A DNA stretch of 64,000 bases, taken from assembly GCA_040756235.1 (NCBI GenBank), contig JBFLZG010000062.1:89913-153912 (forward strand), given 5' to 3'. This DNA is from a bacterium. Lineage in GTDB: Bacteria > Desulfobacterota > DSWW01. The notes below the pieces were generated by a model, which had not been told where the DNA came from, made no database searches, and saw only the letters and a list, made by a program, of their open reading frames with translations. Below, piece by piece: positions 18,073-27,990 of this stretch (its first letter is position 1; each line of letters begins with the position of its first letter). The position numbers and the translations under genes were made by a program.

Positions 18073-18720
18073 ATGTCCCCCCCCGGGGTCATGGAAAGGC
18101 CTGCAAAGCCGGAACCGGTTGACCCGGTGAGGCTCGCTACGGCCGCCGACGTCGACGCCATGGTCCGACTGCATCTGCAGTGTTTCGATGCCGGAGCTCA
18201 TCTGGGCACGGCTCTCGGAAAGTCGTTTCTGCGAGAAGTCTACAGGTGGTTCGTGACGTCACCCAGGACCTTCGGTATCTGTTGCGCTGAGGGCGGGGAA
18301 TTGATCGCTTTCGCCACCGTGTGCCAGGGACCGTATCATCGACTCATGTTCAGCGAGAACAAGCGAGCCGCCCTGCGCGCCTTTCTCTCACACCCCTGGA
18401 TCGCGCTTCATCCCCAGGTCTGGGCGCGCATTTTTTCGCGCCTTTCGGGTTCGAACGAGATCGAGCGAATGCTGGACAGCCAGGAGGGGGCGGCGCACTG
18501 CGGGCTGCTCGCCGTTCGGCCGGACTACCGGAGATCCGGCCTCGCCGTGACGATGAACCGGTTCCTTTTTGTCGAGGCAAGGAAGCGGGGCTGGCGGAAG
18601 CTCATCGGCGTGATCCACGCCGACAACATTGCGTCCATTCGAGCGACCGAGAAGGCCGGCTATGTGAGGATCGAGACAAGAAAGAGCAAGAAGATGGTGG
18701 TGCTGGTGAAAGAGCTATGA
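18073..18720 (+). CDS. GNAT family N-acetyltransferase (paralog 1)
   Basis: VRLATAADVDAMV.LH, LAVRPDYRRSGLA (motif A), NIASIRATEKAGY (motif B); start 18073 or 18091. Confidence 0.88.
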   Translation: MSPPGVMERPAKPEPVDPVRLATAADVDAMVRLHLQCFDAGAHLGTALGKSFLREVYRWFVTSPRTFGICCAEGGELIAFATVCQGPYHRLMFSENKRAALRAFLSHPWIALHPQVWARIFSRLSGSNEIERMLDSQEGAAHCGLLAVRPDYRRSGLAVTMNRFLFVEARKRGWRKLIGVIHADNIASIRATEKAGYVRIETRKSKKMVVLVKEL

Positions 18721-18765
18721 GCGCACGTCCGAGAGGGTCGCGAAGGACGGTGCGGGAGGGATGCA

Positions 18766-19401
18766 ATGTGCGCCGCTGAAGCGGGGAGGGGTTTCGAGAT
18801 TCGCCCGTCGAGACCCGACGATATCGACGGCATGGTGGACCTCCACTGCTCCTGCTTCGATCCCGGAAAGCACCTCGCCACCCTGTTGGGCAGATCTTTC
18901 ATTCGAACCATGTACGAATGGTTCGTGACTTCTCCAAGGGCGATCGCCATCTGTGGGTTCGACCATGAAACACTCGTGGGTTTTCTGACAGTCTGCAATG
19001 GGCCTTACCACGAGCTGGTCTTGAAGGAGAACAAATCCGCCCTGCTCCGGAGCCTGCTGCTGCGGCCGTGGATCGCCTTCCACCCCCAGGTCCTGCAGTG
19101 GGCGTTGGCACGGATGCGCGGCCCGGTGGATGTGGAGCGGACGCTGAGGCGGGAGAAGGATGTGGTGCACTTTTCTCTGATTGCGATCCGTCCCGACTAC
19201 CGCGGGAGCGGTCTTGCCGTGGCGATGATGAAGCAGATGTTCCGAGCCTGTCGCGAGCGCGGATGGCGCAAGCTGTGGGTCGTGATCTACAAGGAGAACA
19301 TGGCTTCGCGCCGGTTGACGGAAAAGCTCGGCTTCAGCGAGGTCCCCTTGTCCGCCGGTTCGGGCCGCAAGGTGGTGTTGGCGCGAGAGCTGCGCGACTA
19401 G
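18766..19401 (+). CDS. GNAT family N-acetyltransferase (paralog 2)
   Basis: IRPSRPDDIDGMV.LH, IAIRPDYRGSGLA, NMASRRLTEKLGF; GGGAGG RBS. Confidence 0.88.
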   Translation: MCAAEAGRGFEIRPSRPDDIDGMVDLHCSCFDPGKHLATLLGRSFIRTMYEWFVTSPRAIAICGFDHETLVGFLTVCNGPYHELVLKENKSALLRSLLLRPWIAFHPQVLQWALARMRGPVDVERTLRREKDVVHFSLIAIRPDYRGSGLAVAMMKQMFRACRERGWRKLWVVIYKENMASRRLTEKLGFSEVPLSAGSGRKVVLARELRD

Positions 19402-19604
19402 GAGGCTGTCCATAAATGCCCATCTGCTGCGCCTGTTGCGAGCGAAGCGAAGCAATCCCCCGATACCTTGCTGCGGCGGTCAGGTGCAACCAGGAGTTTA
19501 CTCGTCGCTCGGGCTCCTCGGAACGAGCCTCGGGACTCCGTGCGCCTTGCATCTGGACATTTCTGAACAGCCTCCAGGAGCCGAATACTTGGACAGGCTC
19601 CTAG
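19398..19604 (-). mobile_element. MITE-like repeat, copy C, bounded by CTAG at both ends
   Basis: Outer inverted ends CTAGGAGGCTGTCC / GGACAGGCTCCTAG; inner 27-bp inverted repeat 19401-19427 / 19549-19575; carries the CCAGATGCAAGGCGC and GCAGATGGGC signatures on the minus strand. Confidence 0.8.
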
Positions 19605-19734
19605 ACCAGGCCTTCCCTGAGCGCGCGCCGGGGCGAGCACAAGAGGCGCCCGGTGCGGCGGGGAAATGTCCTCGGGGCCGGCGTGCAAATGGCAGAATCG
19701 AACATCGCGGCCGAGACAAGCGAGGAGGTGTGAG

Positions 19735-20316
19735 ATGATTCACGCTGGTGTGGGAATCTTTCTGTTCCTGACGTCGCTTCTTCCCAACACGCTCTCTGCC
19801 CAGGAGCAGGCTGTCGGCTCGCGTGGCCAGGCGCCTTCGTTCAGGGTCGGCCCTGGAGACAAGCTCGAAGTCCTTGTCTGGAGGGATGATTATTTGAGCA
19901 GGGAAGTGGTGGTCCAGCCGGACGGCTTCTTGTCATTCCCCCTCATCGGGGATGTCGCGGTCAGCGGCCTCACCATTCCCGAGATTCGCAAGGAGGTTGC
20001 CAGGAGGATCCGTGAATTTCTGCCCGAGGCCCAGGTTTCGATCATCCTGAAGGAAATCAACAGTTACAGCGTCTACGTGCTCGGGAAGGTCAACAAGCCG
20101 GGCCAGTACAGGCTCTCCCGGCCGGTCGACGTCATGCAGGCGCTGGCCCTCGCCGAGAGCTTCTCCAAGTTCGCATCTCCCGGCGACATCCGCATCATCC
20201 GCAAGGTGGGCACGGTCAACCAGGCGATCCCCTTCAATTACACCGAGGTCGAAAAGGGCAAGACGCTGGAGCAGAACATCGAGCTGATCAGCGGGGATGT
20301 GGTCGTGGTCCCCTAG
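19735..20316 (+). CDS. wza: Polysaccharide biosynthesis/export protein (short Wza-like: Poly_export plus SLBB)
   Basis: FRVGPGDKLEVLVW, V.PDG.LSFPLIGDV...GLT, VYVLGKV.KPG, GDVVVVP; GAGGAGG RBS. Confidence 0.9.
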   Translation: MIHAGVGIFLFLTSLLPNTLSAQEQAVGSRGQAPSFRVGPGDKLEVLVWRDDYLSREVVVQPDGFLSFPLIGDVAVSGLTIPEIRKEVARRIREFLPEAQVSIILKEINSYSVYVLGKVNKPGQYRLSRPVDVMQALALAESFSKFASPGDIRIIRKVGTVNQAIPFNYTEVEKGKTLEQNIELISGDVVVVP

Positions 20317-20341
20317 CGGCCCTCAGCGGATGGAAGGGGCC

Positions 20342-21085
20342 TCACTGGCAGACAACGTTCTCGATCTCACTGTCGCCCCTGACCCGGCTTCCATCTACGA
20401 GTCGCTCGTCCAGAATGCACGGAAAGAGCTGTCCGAGCTCGTGTCTCGGATGGGGTCGGTAACTGCATGACTCGGCATAGAGGCCGTCTACCACGCAATT
20501 GCGGGTGTTGAAAAGCCAGAGGCCACCCCTGCAGCGGTAGATTTCCACGTTCTGGATCGCTACCCCGACGATGGGGGTCAAGGTCTCGGCCTCGAGCAGG
20601 ATGCCGTTACCCGGAAAGTCGCTGACCCTGACGTTGGCGATGAGGCCTCCATCCGTGGCACCGTGGATCGTGAGCCCGCTGTAAAGATTCCCGTCTGGTG
20701 ATCTGCCTCTCCCAAAGATCTCGACCGAATCGATCAGGACGGCCCCGTCGATCCTGATCGACATGCCCAGCGTGCCGGGATGGTCGAAGATCGTATCCTG
20801 CACGACGAGGTCGCCACGCCCCTGGACCCTCAGGCTCGCACCCCGGAAGGTGCAGTTGCGAATGATCACGTTGTTGCGGTTGAGGCGGATGCGAAGGTCC
20901 CGGATGAAGACCCTGTTCGCGTAGACAAGGGTGGTGCCATCGCGGTCCGGAACATCCGCGCCGGCGGCGGCCACGCTTCGCGCTAAGAGCGCGCAGAGGA
21001 TGGCGAGACAGGAAATGACAGGGAGTACGTTTCGGTTCCAAGCAGGCTCTCGCAAGGTTGCTCCCCCTGTGTGTGTGCTGGACAT
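20342..21085 (-). CDS. Secreted right-handed beta-helix (pectin lyase-like) protein
   Basis: Signal-like segment, then repeats NVIIRNCTF, LVVQDTIF, VLIDSVEI, LIANVRV, VAIQNVEI, CVVDGL. Confidence 0.7.
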   Translation of the reverse strand: MSSTHTGGATLREPAWNRNVLPVISCLAILCALLARSVAAAGADVPDRDGTTLVYANRVFIRDLRIRLNRNNVIIRNCTFRGASLRVQGRGDLVVQDTIFDHPGTLGMSIRIDGAVLIDSVEIFGRGRSPDGNLYSGLTIHGATDGGLIANVRVSDFPGNGILLEAETLTPIVGVAIQNVEIYRCRGGLWLFNTRNCVVDGLYAESCSYRPHPRHELGQLFPCILDERLVDGSRVRGDSEIENVVCQ

Positions 21086-21253
21086 GGGGGACCGTAGTGC
21101 AAACCCCGTTCCATCTCTTCCAAGGGATAGAAGGAGAAGCTCCTCTTCCTCAGATCGACGCGCAGATCGGGCAATCCACGGGACCGGCGCAATGAAGATG
21201 CACTCGTCAGACCTGATGCGAGGACATCGAAGCGGAAAATCGCTACCGTGAGG

Positions 21254-22708
21254 TTACAATGATGTAACGATTGCGGTCCCGCGGAGGACGGGCGCGGTGT
21301 GGGCGATATCCTTTCTGAAGATCTTGAGCTCGTAAGCGAAAATGATACCGAGGGAGGCCCAGATGGCCCTGGAGTTTTCCACGTTGGCGACACCGGCCTG
21401 GGCCAGAGTGCTCACGATGGAGGCGAGAAGGGCCGCGTGGATTTTCAAGGCCGGCTCCGAAGCTGGAGTTCGCGAGATGCGTCGGAGCAGGGTGAAGACG
21501 AAGCAAAGAAAAATAGCGAGGAACAGGAAGAGGCCGGGGAGCCCCATTTCGCACAAAAGCGACAAGTAGGTGGAATGGCTCACGGCGAGCTCTCTCTTCA
21601 CTCCGCCGAGCCCTGCGGCCGACCATTTCGTGCCGGTCCCCTCGGGAAGGGCCTGTTCGGGGGAAGCCAGGGCGAAATTTCCGAGCCCGACCCCGAACAG
21701 GGCGTGGTCCTCCCAGATCTCGAGAGAGGTCGTCCAGAGAGCCAACCTGCGCTGGTGGGACTTGTCGTCGAGATCGGTGATCGAAAGGATGCGATCCATG
21801 TAAACCCGGGAGTCGTCGCTCGCCAGATAGACGACTGCGGCGGCAGTCAGGGTCCCCAGCGCCAGGGCCAAGATCCTCACCCGGCGTCGGGGCAGGAAGA
21901 CCATCAGCGTGAAGGCTCCAACCGCGAAAGCGGCCACGCTCCCCTTGGATGCAGAAAGCAGGATGGCGACCCCGTGGGTCACCATGCAGGGGATCAGGAA
22001 GCGTTTGTTCCCGCCCAGGACGATGTACACGTAGCTGAGGAGAAAGGTCGTCGTGAGGTATCCGGCGAACAGGTTGGGGTTCCCCAGGGTCCCCATGGCT
22101 CGGAAGTCGCCGGCAGCGAAGTTGCGGATGTGGAAGAGCTGATAGGCAAGGGCCCCGCCAATGCCGAGCAGCCCCACAAGCGTGCCGGTGATGATCCAGA
22201 ATTTCAGCAGGACCTTCATATCCCCGAGGTCCTCTATGAGGTTGAGGATAACGTAGAAGTAGAGGAACAGGGCGACGATCTTGAGCAAGCTCACGAGATG
22301 GGAGATCTTGAGCATCTCGATACGGAGCGTGTGGCCGCCGATGACGATGGACAGGGCCGCCCAGAGGGTATACGCCAGGCAGAGCCAGAACAGAGGCACC
22401 TGTAGCGGTTGGCTCCGCTTCAGCAGGCCATGAAGCAGGTAGAGAGCCGCCGCGGGAACCAGCAAGTCGGCGAGACTCAGGTTCATGGCGAAGGCGGCGG
22501 CCTGGCGGGATTGGACGAGCGCGGGGGTCATGATCGGGATGCCTGCTGCAAGGCCGATGAGGAACGCCTTTTTGGGGGCTCCGGCGTGGTGATAGAGAAA
22601 GGCGAGGGTCGCTGCCGCCAGCAAGGCCAGCAACGTGCACAGCACCAGGGCGGCCATGATCGGCCCGGCCGTGACCATCGAAGCCAGCTCGGAGAGCAGG
22701 TCAAACAT
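21254..22708 (-). CDS. O-antigen ligase/polymerase (Wzy_C) family membrane protein
   Basis: Multiple TMs; RAMGTLGNPN, S.SKG, R..LW, LFGVGLGNF, HSTYL..L.E.G..G. Confidence 0.88.
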   Translation of the reverse strand: MFDLLSELASMVTAGPIMAALVLCTLLALLAAATLAFLYHHAGAPKKAFLIGLAAGIPIMTPALVQSRQAAAFAMNLSLADLLVPAAALYLLHGLLKRSQPLQVPLFWLCLAYTLWAALSIVIGGHTLRIEMLKISHLVSLLKIVALFLYFYVILNLIEDLGDMKVLLKFWIITGTLVGLLGIGGALAYQLFHIRNFAAGDFRAMGTLGNPNLFAGYLTTTFLLSYVYIVLGGNKRFLIPCMVTHGVAILLSASKGSVAAFAVGAFTLMVFLPRRRVRILALALGTLTAAAVVYLASDDSRVYMDRILSITDLDDKSHQRRLALWTTSLEIWEDHALFGVGLGNFALASPEQALPEGTGTKWSAAGLGGVKRELAVSHSTYLSLLCEMGLPGLFLFLAIFLCFVFTLLRRISRTPASEPALKIHAALLASIVSTLAQAGVANVENSRAIWASLGIIFAYELKIFRKDIAHTAPVLRGTAIVTSL

Positions 22709-24176
22709 GCTTGGCGTCTCCGTCTGCCGCCATGGGCCGTTTAGGGGTTCGGGCGATCCCCCGGATGAACTCGAGCTCCTTGCGAGAGAAGGCCCGGACC
22801 AGGAGGAGGGCGGCCGGGTAGATCAGCAGGGCCGCGGCCATGGAGCAGAGGAGGGGAGCTCCCCTGAGAAGGAACAACACCATGCCCATGACGAGGCTGG
22901 CGGCCAAAGGCTTGCAGAAGACCTCCAGGAACGGGAGAGGGGCGATCGCCCTGGACATGAAGAGGTAGTTGAGGGTGAAAAGGAGCGTTTCGCCGGCGAC
23001 GAACGCCATGGAGGCACCCAGGTATCCGTATCGGGAGATGAGCAGGAGCGACAGCAAGACGTTGACCACGATGGCTGCCGCTTCGTGCTTCAAATTGGCC
23101 GTTTGGTGATCGGCAGCCGGGAAGATGAAGCGGTACATCCGATTCATGAATCTCAGCACGAGGGTGAGGCTTAGGACCTGCAGGCTCAGGATCGATGTGG
23201 CGAATCCGTGGTGGAAGACCAAGGCGATCACCTCATCGGCCACGAACAGGAGACCGACCGAAATCGGGGCGGCAACCAGGACGAGGTATTTCGAAACCTG
23301 GGCGTAGAAGTCCGGGAGCCGCTCGTCCTTTTCGTGGACGTACCGTGAGAAGACCGGGAAGAACGAGGTCGTCAGAGTGATCGCCAGGAAAAGAAAGCCG
23401 GTGGTCAAGGTCGTCCCGACGCTGTAGGCGGCGATGTCCTCGGGTTCGGCCAGCCATTTCAGGAGGGCGATGTTGGCGTAGTTGTAGGTGACGGAAGTGA
23501 TGAAGGTGACCCCCACGGGGAGGGCGACCCGGAGGTGTTCCTTGAAACGCTGTCGGTCGAAGCGGAAGGAGGGCTTGATCCCTTTGAGCAGCACCAACGT
23601 GATGCCGAGACCGGTCCTCAAGACGTTCGCCGCGAGCTGCGCCGCGAGCATATGGAGAATGCTGAGCTTTTCCGAGATGAAGAAATAGATGCAGGTGATC
23701 CAGACGAGCTGGCTCACGGCCGTGAGCACCGCCTCGTATTCCATGCTCTCGATGCCCCGGAAGACCCAGATGGAAACATCCTGGGAGGCACCGACAACGG
23801 CAGCCAGCGAGACGACGAGCAGGAAAGGGACCGAGGGGGCCGGAACGACCGACACGGCCAGGACCGCGATCACGGCCATGAAGAGCGCGGACAGCGAGGC
23901 CTTCAGGATGACGGCGTCGCCGAAATAGAGGGAAACGTCCTTGCGGTTGCGGGCGATCTCCCGGACGATGATGACCTCGAGGCCGATGTCGCTGAACTGC
24001 TGAAGAAAAAAGATGAGCCCGTACCAGAAGGTGTATTCGCCGTACTGGCGTTCGCCAAGGTAGCGGCCGAGCATACCCATGACGACGATGCTGACCAGGA
24101 TGCTCAGGATCCGTGCGGCGAAACGGCTGAAGAAGTTGACGAGAATGCGGACAGGGGTGGACCGGCGGCTGCGCAT
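22701..24176 (-). CDS. wzx: Wzx-type flippase
   Basis: RYLG..QYG.Y, D.GL....VREIA, F.P.FSR, YG..GA; about 12-14 TMs; ATG overlaps the upstream TGA. Confidence 0.9.
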   Translation of the reverse strand: MRSRRSTPVRILVNFFSRFAARILSILVSIVVMGMLGRYLGERQYGEYTFWYGLIFFLQQFSDIGLEVIIVREIARNRKDVSLYFGDAVILKASLSALFMAVIAVLAVSVVPAPSVPFLLVVSLAAVVGASQDVSIWVFRGIESMEYEAVLTAVSQLVWITCIYFFISEKLSILHMLAAQLAANVLRTGLGITLVLLKGIKPSFRFDRQRFKEHLRVALPVGVTFITSVTYNYANIALLKWLAEPEDIAAYSVGTTLTTGFLFLAITLTTSFFPVFSRYVHEKDERLPDFYAQVSKYLVLVAAPISVGLLFVADEVIALVFHHGFATSILSLQVLSLTLVLRFMNRMYRFIFPAADHQTANLKHEAAAIVVNVLLSLLLISRYGYLGASMAFVAGETLLFTLNYLFMSRAIAPLPFLEVFCKPLAASLVMGMVLFLLRGAPLLCSMAAALLIYPAALLLVRAFSRKELEFIRGIARTPKRPMAADGDAKHV

Positions 24177-25360
24177 CAGGAAGACCGTCCTCTGAGCCGA
24201 TCGAGCTCGTCCTGGAGATCTCGGATCTTCTCCTGGCACTTCGCAAGTTCGAGGTCCCGGTCCTGCAGGAGCTTGCGCGTCCTGGACCAGGTGTTCAGAT
24301 GGTCCAGGGCCGCTTCTCCGGCGGGCTCTTCCACGCTCTTTCGCTCCTGGAGCCACGCCGGGGCATCCCGGTCCGGGGTGTCTGAGCAAAGGGTGGAGAG
24401 GATGCGGAACATGTGGTCCTGGTGGAGCCGGATTTCTTCAACCGAACGCCGGATCTCGGCCATGGAATCGGTCGCAAGCGGGGAGGCCTGCACTTCGGCC
24501 GGATGGTTCCAAGGCTCCAGGCCTTCTCTTGTGTGCGCCTGCAGGTGCTGTCCCACCTCCCAGTCCTTGACCACCTCGCGGATGACGTCTTCGCCGATCT
24601 TGGTGAGCTTGTCGGCAAAACCGTAGACGAGCGCCACGTGACAGATGAGGTTGATCAGCCGCGGGATCCCGTCGGAAAACTTGTGGACCTCTCGCATCGC
24701 CTCGAGGGCGAACAGATCCGGGTCCCGGGCCTGGGCAACGTGGAGGCGGTGTCGGATGTACTCGACGGTCTCGTCGGCGTCCAATGCCGGGAGGTGATAA
24801 TCATAAGTCACCCTCTGGGCGAACGGGAGCATTCTGGGATCACACAGTTTCTCCCTCAGGGCAGGCTGGCCCACGAGGACGATCTGCATGAGGTGCCTGC
24901 TTTCGGTGTCCATGTTCGAGAGAAGCCGGACTTCCTCGAGGGTCTCGAAAGGCAGGTTCTGCGCCTCATCGATGATGAGGGCGAGCTGATTTCGGCCGAG
25001 GGCCTCCTTGCGGACGAATTCCCTCAGGGTCGCCAGTCTCTCGGTCCTGCTCTTGGCCTGATAGGGCAGACCATACGCCTCCAGCACCGGCTCGAGGAAC
25101 TCCTCGGGCGGGAGCTGCGTGTTGAAAATGATCGCGATCTTGACCCCTCGGTCGGCTCTCTTCTTGTTCAGCAGATGGCGGATCAACGTGGTCTTGCCGG
25201 CTCCGACTTGTCCGGTCACGACGATGAAGCCGGCCTGGTCCAGGAGGCCGTACTCCAGCAGGCTCAGGGCCCGCCGGTGCTTGGCGCTCAGGAAGAAGAA
25301 CTGGGGGTCCGGCAGGAGCTCGAAGGGCTTCTTCTTCAAGTGGTAATGCCGTTCGTACAT
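24176..25360 (-). CDS. ExeA-like AAA ATPase (EPS/PEP-CTERM locus type)
   Basis: MYERHYHL..KPFELLPDP.F, TGQVGAGKTT, IIDEAQNL, LVGQP.L, GIPRLIN; C-terminal coiled coil. Confidence 0.92.
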   Translation of the reverse strand: MYERHYHLKKKPFELLPDPQFFFLSAKHRRALSLLEYGLLDQAGFIVVTGQVGAGKTTLIRHLLNKKRADRGVKIAIIFNTQLPPEEFLEPVLEAYGLPYQAKSRTERLATLREFVRKEALGRNQLALIIDEAQNLPFETLEEVRLLSNMDTESRHLMQIVLVGQPALREKLCDPRMLPFAQRVTYDYHLPALDADETVEYIRHRLHVAQARDPDLFALEAMREVHKFSDGIPRLINLICHVALVYGFADKLTKIGEDVIREVVKDWEVGQHLQAHTREGLEPWNHPAEVQASPLATDSMAEIRRSVEEIRLHQDHMFRILSTLCSDTPDRDAPAWLQERKSVEEPAGEAALDHLNTWSRTRKLLQDRDLELAKCQEKIRDLQDELDRLRGRSS

Positions 25361-25419
25361 GCGTGTCTCCGAGGGGCAAGCGGGGCTCGGGAACGAATCG
25401 GACGGGGACGGTGATGCGC

Positions 25420-26187
25420 TCACCTGGCCTTGTTCAGGACCAGCCCGATCAGAGGCTTGCCCCGGAGGAGCTCTTTGGCCTTGTTGACTTTGTCGACCGG
25501 GGTCTTGCCCGCCTCGACCACCATCAGGATGGCGTCGACCGCCTCGGAGAAGACCAGGGCGTCCGCCGAGTTGAGCAGAGGGGGCGTGTCGAAGATCAGG
25601 ATGCAGCCTTCGAACTGCCTCCGCAGCTCGGCCATCAGCTCTTTCATGCGATGGGAACCGAGCAGCTCCGGTGAATTCGCGACGGCGCGGCCGGCCGGGA
25701 TCACGGAAAGCCGCTCGATCGGCCGCACGATGAGATCCTGGAGCGGTCTTCCATCGAGCAGATGGTCCGCCAGGCCGGGCAGGGCCGGATCCAGGCCCAG
25801 GAGCTCCTTGAGGCCGGGGTTTCGCAGGTCCGCCTCCACGAGGAGAACCGCCCTGTCGATCTGCTGGGCGAAGGAGATCGCCAGGTTCAAAGCGGTGAGC
25901 GTCTTGCCTTCGTCGTCGATTGCGCTCGTCACCATCAGAGCGTCCGCCTGGCCCCCTCTCGGGCCGCGCTGATCGACCTGGGTCCTCAGGACCTTGTACG
26001 AGTCGGTGAGGGCCGTGCCGCAGGGCCCGGCGATCACTCTGCGCTTCACGAGGGCGTCCCGGTCCGCGGCGGGTGTGCGGAGGGTCGGCGCGCCGGGCGC
26101 TGGGGCGGTCCCGTCCGCATGGCCGGCGGGGACCGCCGGTTCCTGTTTTCTCCTGACCTCCTCGAGTGCTCTTTCGATCTTTTCCAT
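25420..26187 (-). CDS. CpsD/CapB-type bacterial tyrosine kinase
   Basis: Y..LRT, TSAIDDEGKT, LVEADLRNP, IFDTPP, GLVLN. Confidence 0.9.
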   Translation of the reverse strand: MEKIERALEEVRRKQEPAVPAGHADGTAPAPGAPTLRTPAADRDALVKRRVIAGPCGTALTDSYKVLRTQVDQRGPRGGQADALMVTSAIDDEGKTLTALNLAISFAQQIDRAVLLVEADLRNPGLKELLGLDPALPGLADHLLDGRPLQDLIVRPIERLSVIPAGRAVANSPELLGSHRMKELMAELRRQFEGCILIFDTPPLLNSADALVFSEAVDAILMVVEAGKTPVDKVNKAKELLRGKPLIGLVLNKAR

Positions 26188-26262
26188 CGCTCTTGCTCCA
26201 TGCGAACGGATCAGCGCTGCGGCCGCGCGCTTCGGCGCGCACCCGCCCGGGGGGGGGCGCTG

Positions 26263-27978
26263 CTATGCGTAGTTTGCCCGGTAATAGGCAAAGGCCCAGC
26301 CAAGGAAACACAGGAGCAGCACGGCCGCGACGACGGCCAGAGCCTTGCTCCACTTCGTGCGCCGCCTGTCGCGCTCGTCCTTCACGTAGGGGATGGCGGA
26401 AAGGACCGGCAGTCCGGTGGCCGACTGGAGCTGTTCGGCCGTCCTGACCGAGCTGTCGGTCAGCTCCGCCAGATAGACGCTCCCAAGCCCGGCGCTGAGG
26501 CTGAGCACGAGACCGAGCAGGAAGATGACCGGCACGTTGGGCTCCGAGGGGGTCTCCGGGAGATTGGCCGGATCGAGGATGGTGAATCTCGCTCCCTTGC
26601 GCTCCGCTTCGATGCCCTTGGCCGAGGTGGCGGCCGAGATCTGGGTGAGGCAGTCCTGGTACTGCTGTTTGAGATTCTCGTAGTCACGGGTGAGCCCGAG
26701 GAACGCCTCCTCGACGACAGGGGTGGCCTGGATTCGGGCCTGGAGGACGCGCCGCCTCTCCTGGAGGCGCGAAAGGTTCTGCTGGGACTCGCCGAGATTC
26801 AGGTTTGCGATCTTGAGCTGGGTCTGGAGGTCGATATAGGCGGGGTTGTCCGGCGTGCGTGCTGCGGTCTCCTGGTTGGCCGCGAGCTCCTGGGAGAGCG
26901 CCGCGAGCTCCTCCCGAAGCTGTCGGACCTCCCTGGCCGTGCGGATCAGGTCCGGATGCTGCGGGCTCATACGGGCGGTCATGTCCGCGTACTGCGTCTC
27001 GAGGGTGCGGAGCCTCTTCTCGGTATCGATGAGCCTTTGCTTCCTGGAGACCACCGTTTCCATCTCGGCAATCGATTTTCTCAAAGCCAGGATGTCCGGG
27101 TGTTTGTCGGACATCGACGCCCTCTTGGAGACGTACTCGAAGCGGAGTGCGTCCAGCTGGTCCTCGGGGTCGGTTACCTTTTCGCCGGTGGACTCGACGA
27201 TGCGGGCGTACGGCTTCGTCTTCTTCAGGTCGCCCTCGATCTCGGACTTCCTCTCCTTCAGGTTCAGGAGCTCGGCGGTCTGCGCCTCGATACCGGCCTC
27301 GGCGCTCCTCAGGCTTTCCAGGTTGGTCGCCAACAGCTCCGGCATCTCGTTCACGTGGAGCTCTTTGAACCGGGCGATCTCCCTTTCGAGGGAGGTGATC
27401 TTCTGTTCGAGCTCGCTCTTCTTCGAGTCGAGGTAGGTCGTGGTCTCGTCGAGGCGCCTCTCGATGCGGATGGCGTTCTGGTTCACGTACAGGTTGGCGA
27501 GCTCGCTGGTCACCCGATAGGCGAGCTCGGGGTCCGGATGGGCGTAGGTGATGGTGAAGGAGAGCGTGGCCTGCATCGGTCTCCCGGATCCCTGGGGCAC
27601 CACATGGGTGCTGTTGGTCTCGAAGGTGATGTCCTCCTTCATCTTCTCGATCATCTCGTCGATCGTCCGGTGCCGGCGGCTGTCGGCATACAGATTGTAC
27701 CGTTGAATGAGGTCGGCCAGAGGCTTGCGGCTCATGATGAGCTGGGTGAGCGCATCGACACGCTGGTTTACGAAGCTGTTGAACGAGCCGCCGACCAGAT
27801 CTTCCGGAATGTCGCTCTCCTCGGCGAGGATCGTGGTCGAAGAGGTGTACGCGACCGGCAGGAGGAAGGCCAGCAGGATGGTGGCGGCCATGAGAGCGGC
27901 GGACGGCACGAGAAGGTAGAGGATCCTGCGGCGCAGGAGGCCGCCCACACCCAAGATTCTCCTCTGGTCGATTTCCAT
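26263..27978 (-). CDS. Polysaccharide co-polymerase / chain-length determinant (GumC/Wzc N-terminal type)
   Basis: N-terminal TM, Y.S.TTI, long coiled coil with HPD repeats, F.ILDPA.LPE.P..PN, C-terminal TMs. Confidence 0.92.
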   Translation of the reverse strand: MEIDQRRILGVGGLLRRRILYLLVPSAALMAATILLAFLLPVAYTSSTTILAEESDIPEDLVGGSFNSFVNQRVDALTQLIMSRKPLADLIQRYNLYADSRRHRTIDEMIEKMKEDITFETNSTHVVPQGSGRPMQATLSFTITYAHPDPELAYRVTSELANLYVNQNAIRIERRLDETTTYLDSKKSELEQKITSLEREIARFKELHVNEMPELLATNLESLRSAEAGIEAQTAELLNLKERKSEIEGDLKKTKPYARIVESTGEKVTDPEDQLDALRFEYVSKRASMSDKHPDILALRKSIAEMETVVSRKQRLIDTEKRLRTLETQYADMTARMSPQHPDLIRTAREVRQLREELAALSQELAANQETAARTPDNPAYIDLQTQLKIANLNLGESQQNLSRLQERRRVLQARIQATPVVEEAFLGLTRDYENLKQQYQDCLTQISAATSAKGIEAERKGARFTILDPANLPETPSEPNVPVIFLLGLVLSLSAGLGSVYLAELTDSSVRTAEQLQSATGLPVLSAIPYVKDERDRRRTKWSKALAVVAAVLLLCFLGWAFAYYRANYA

Positions 27979-27990
27979 GTTGCCTGTCTC

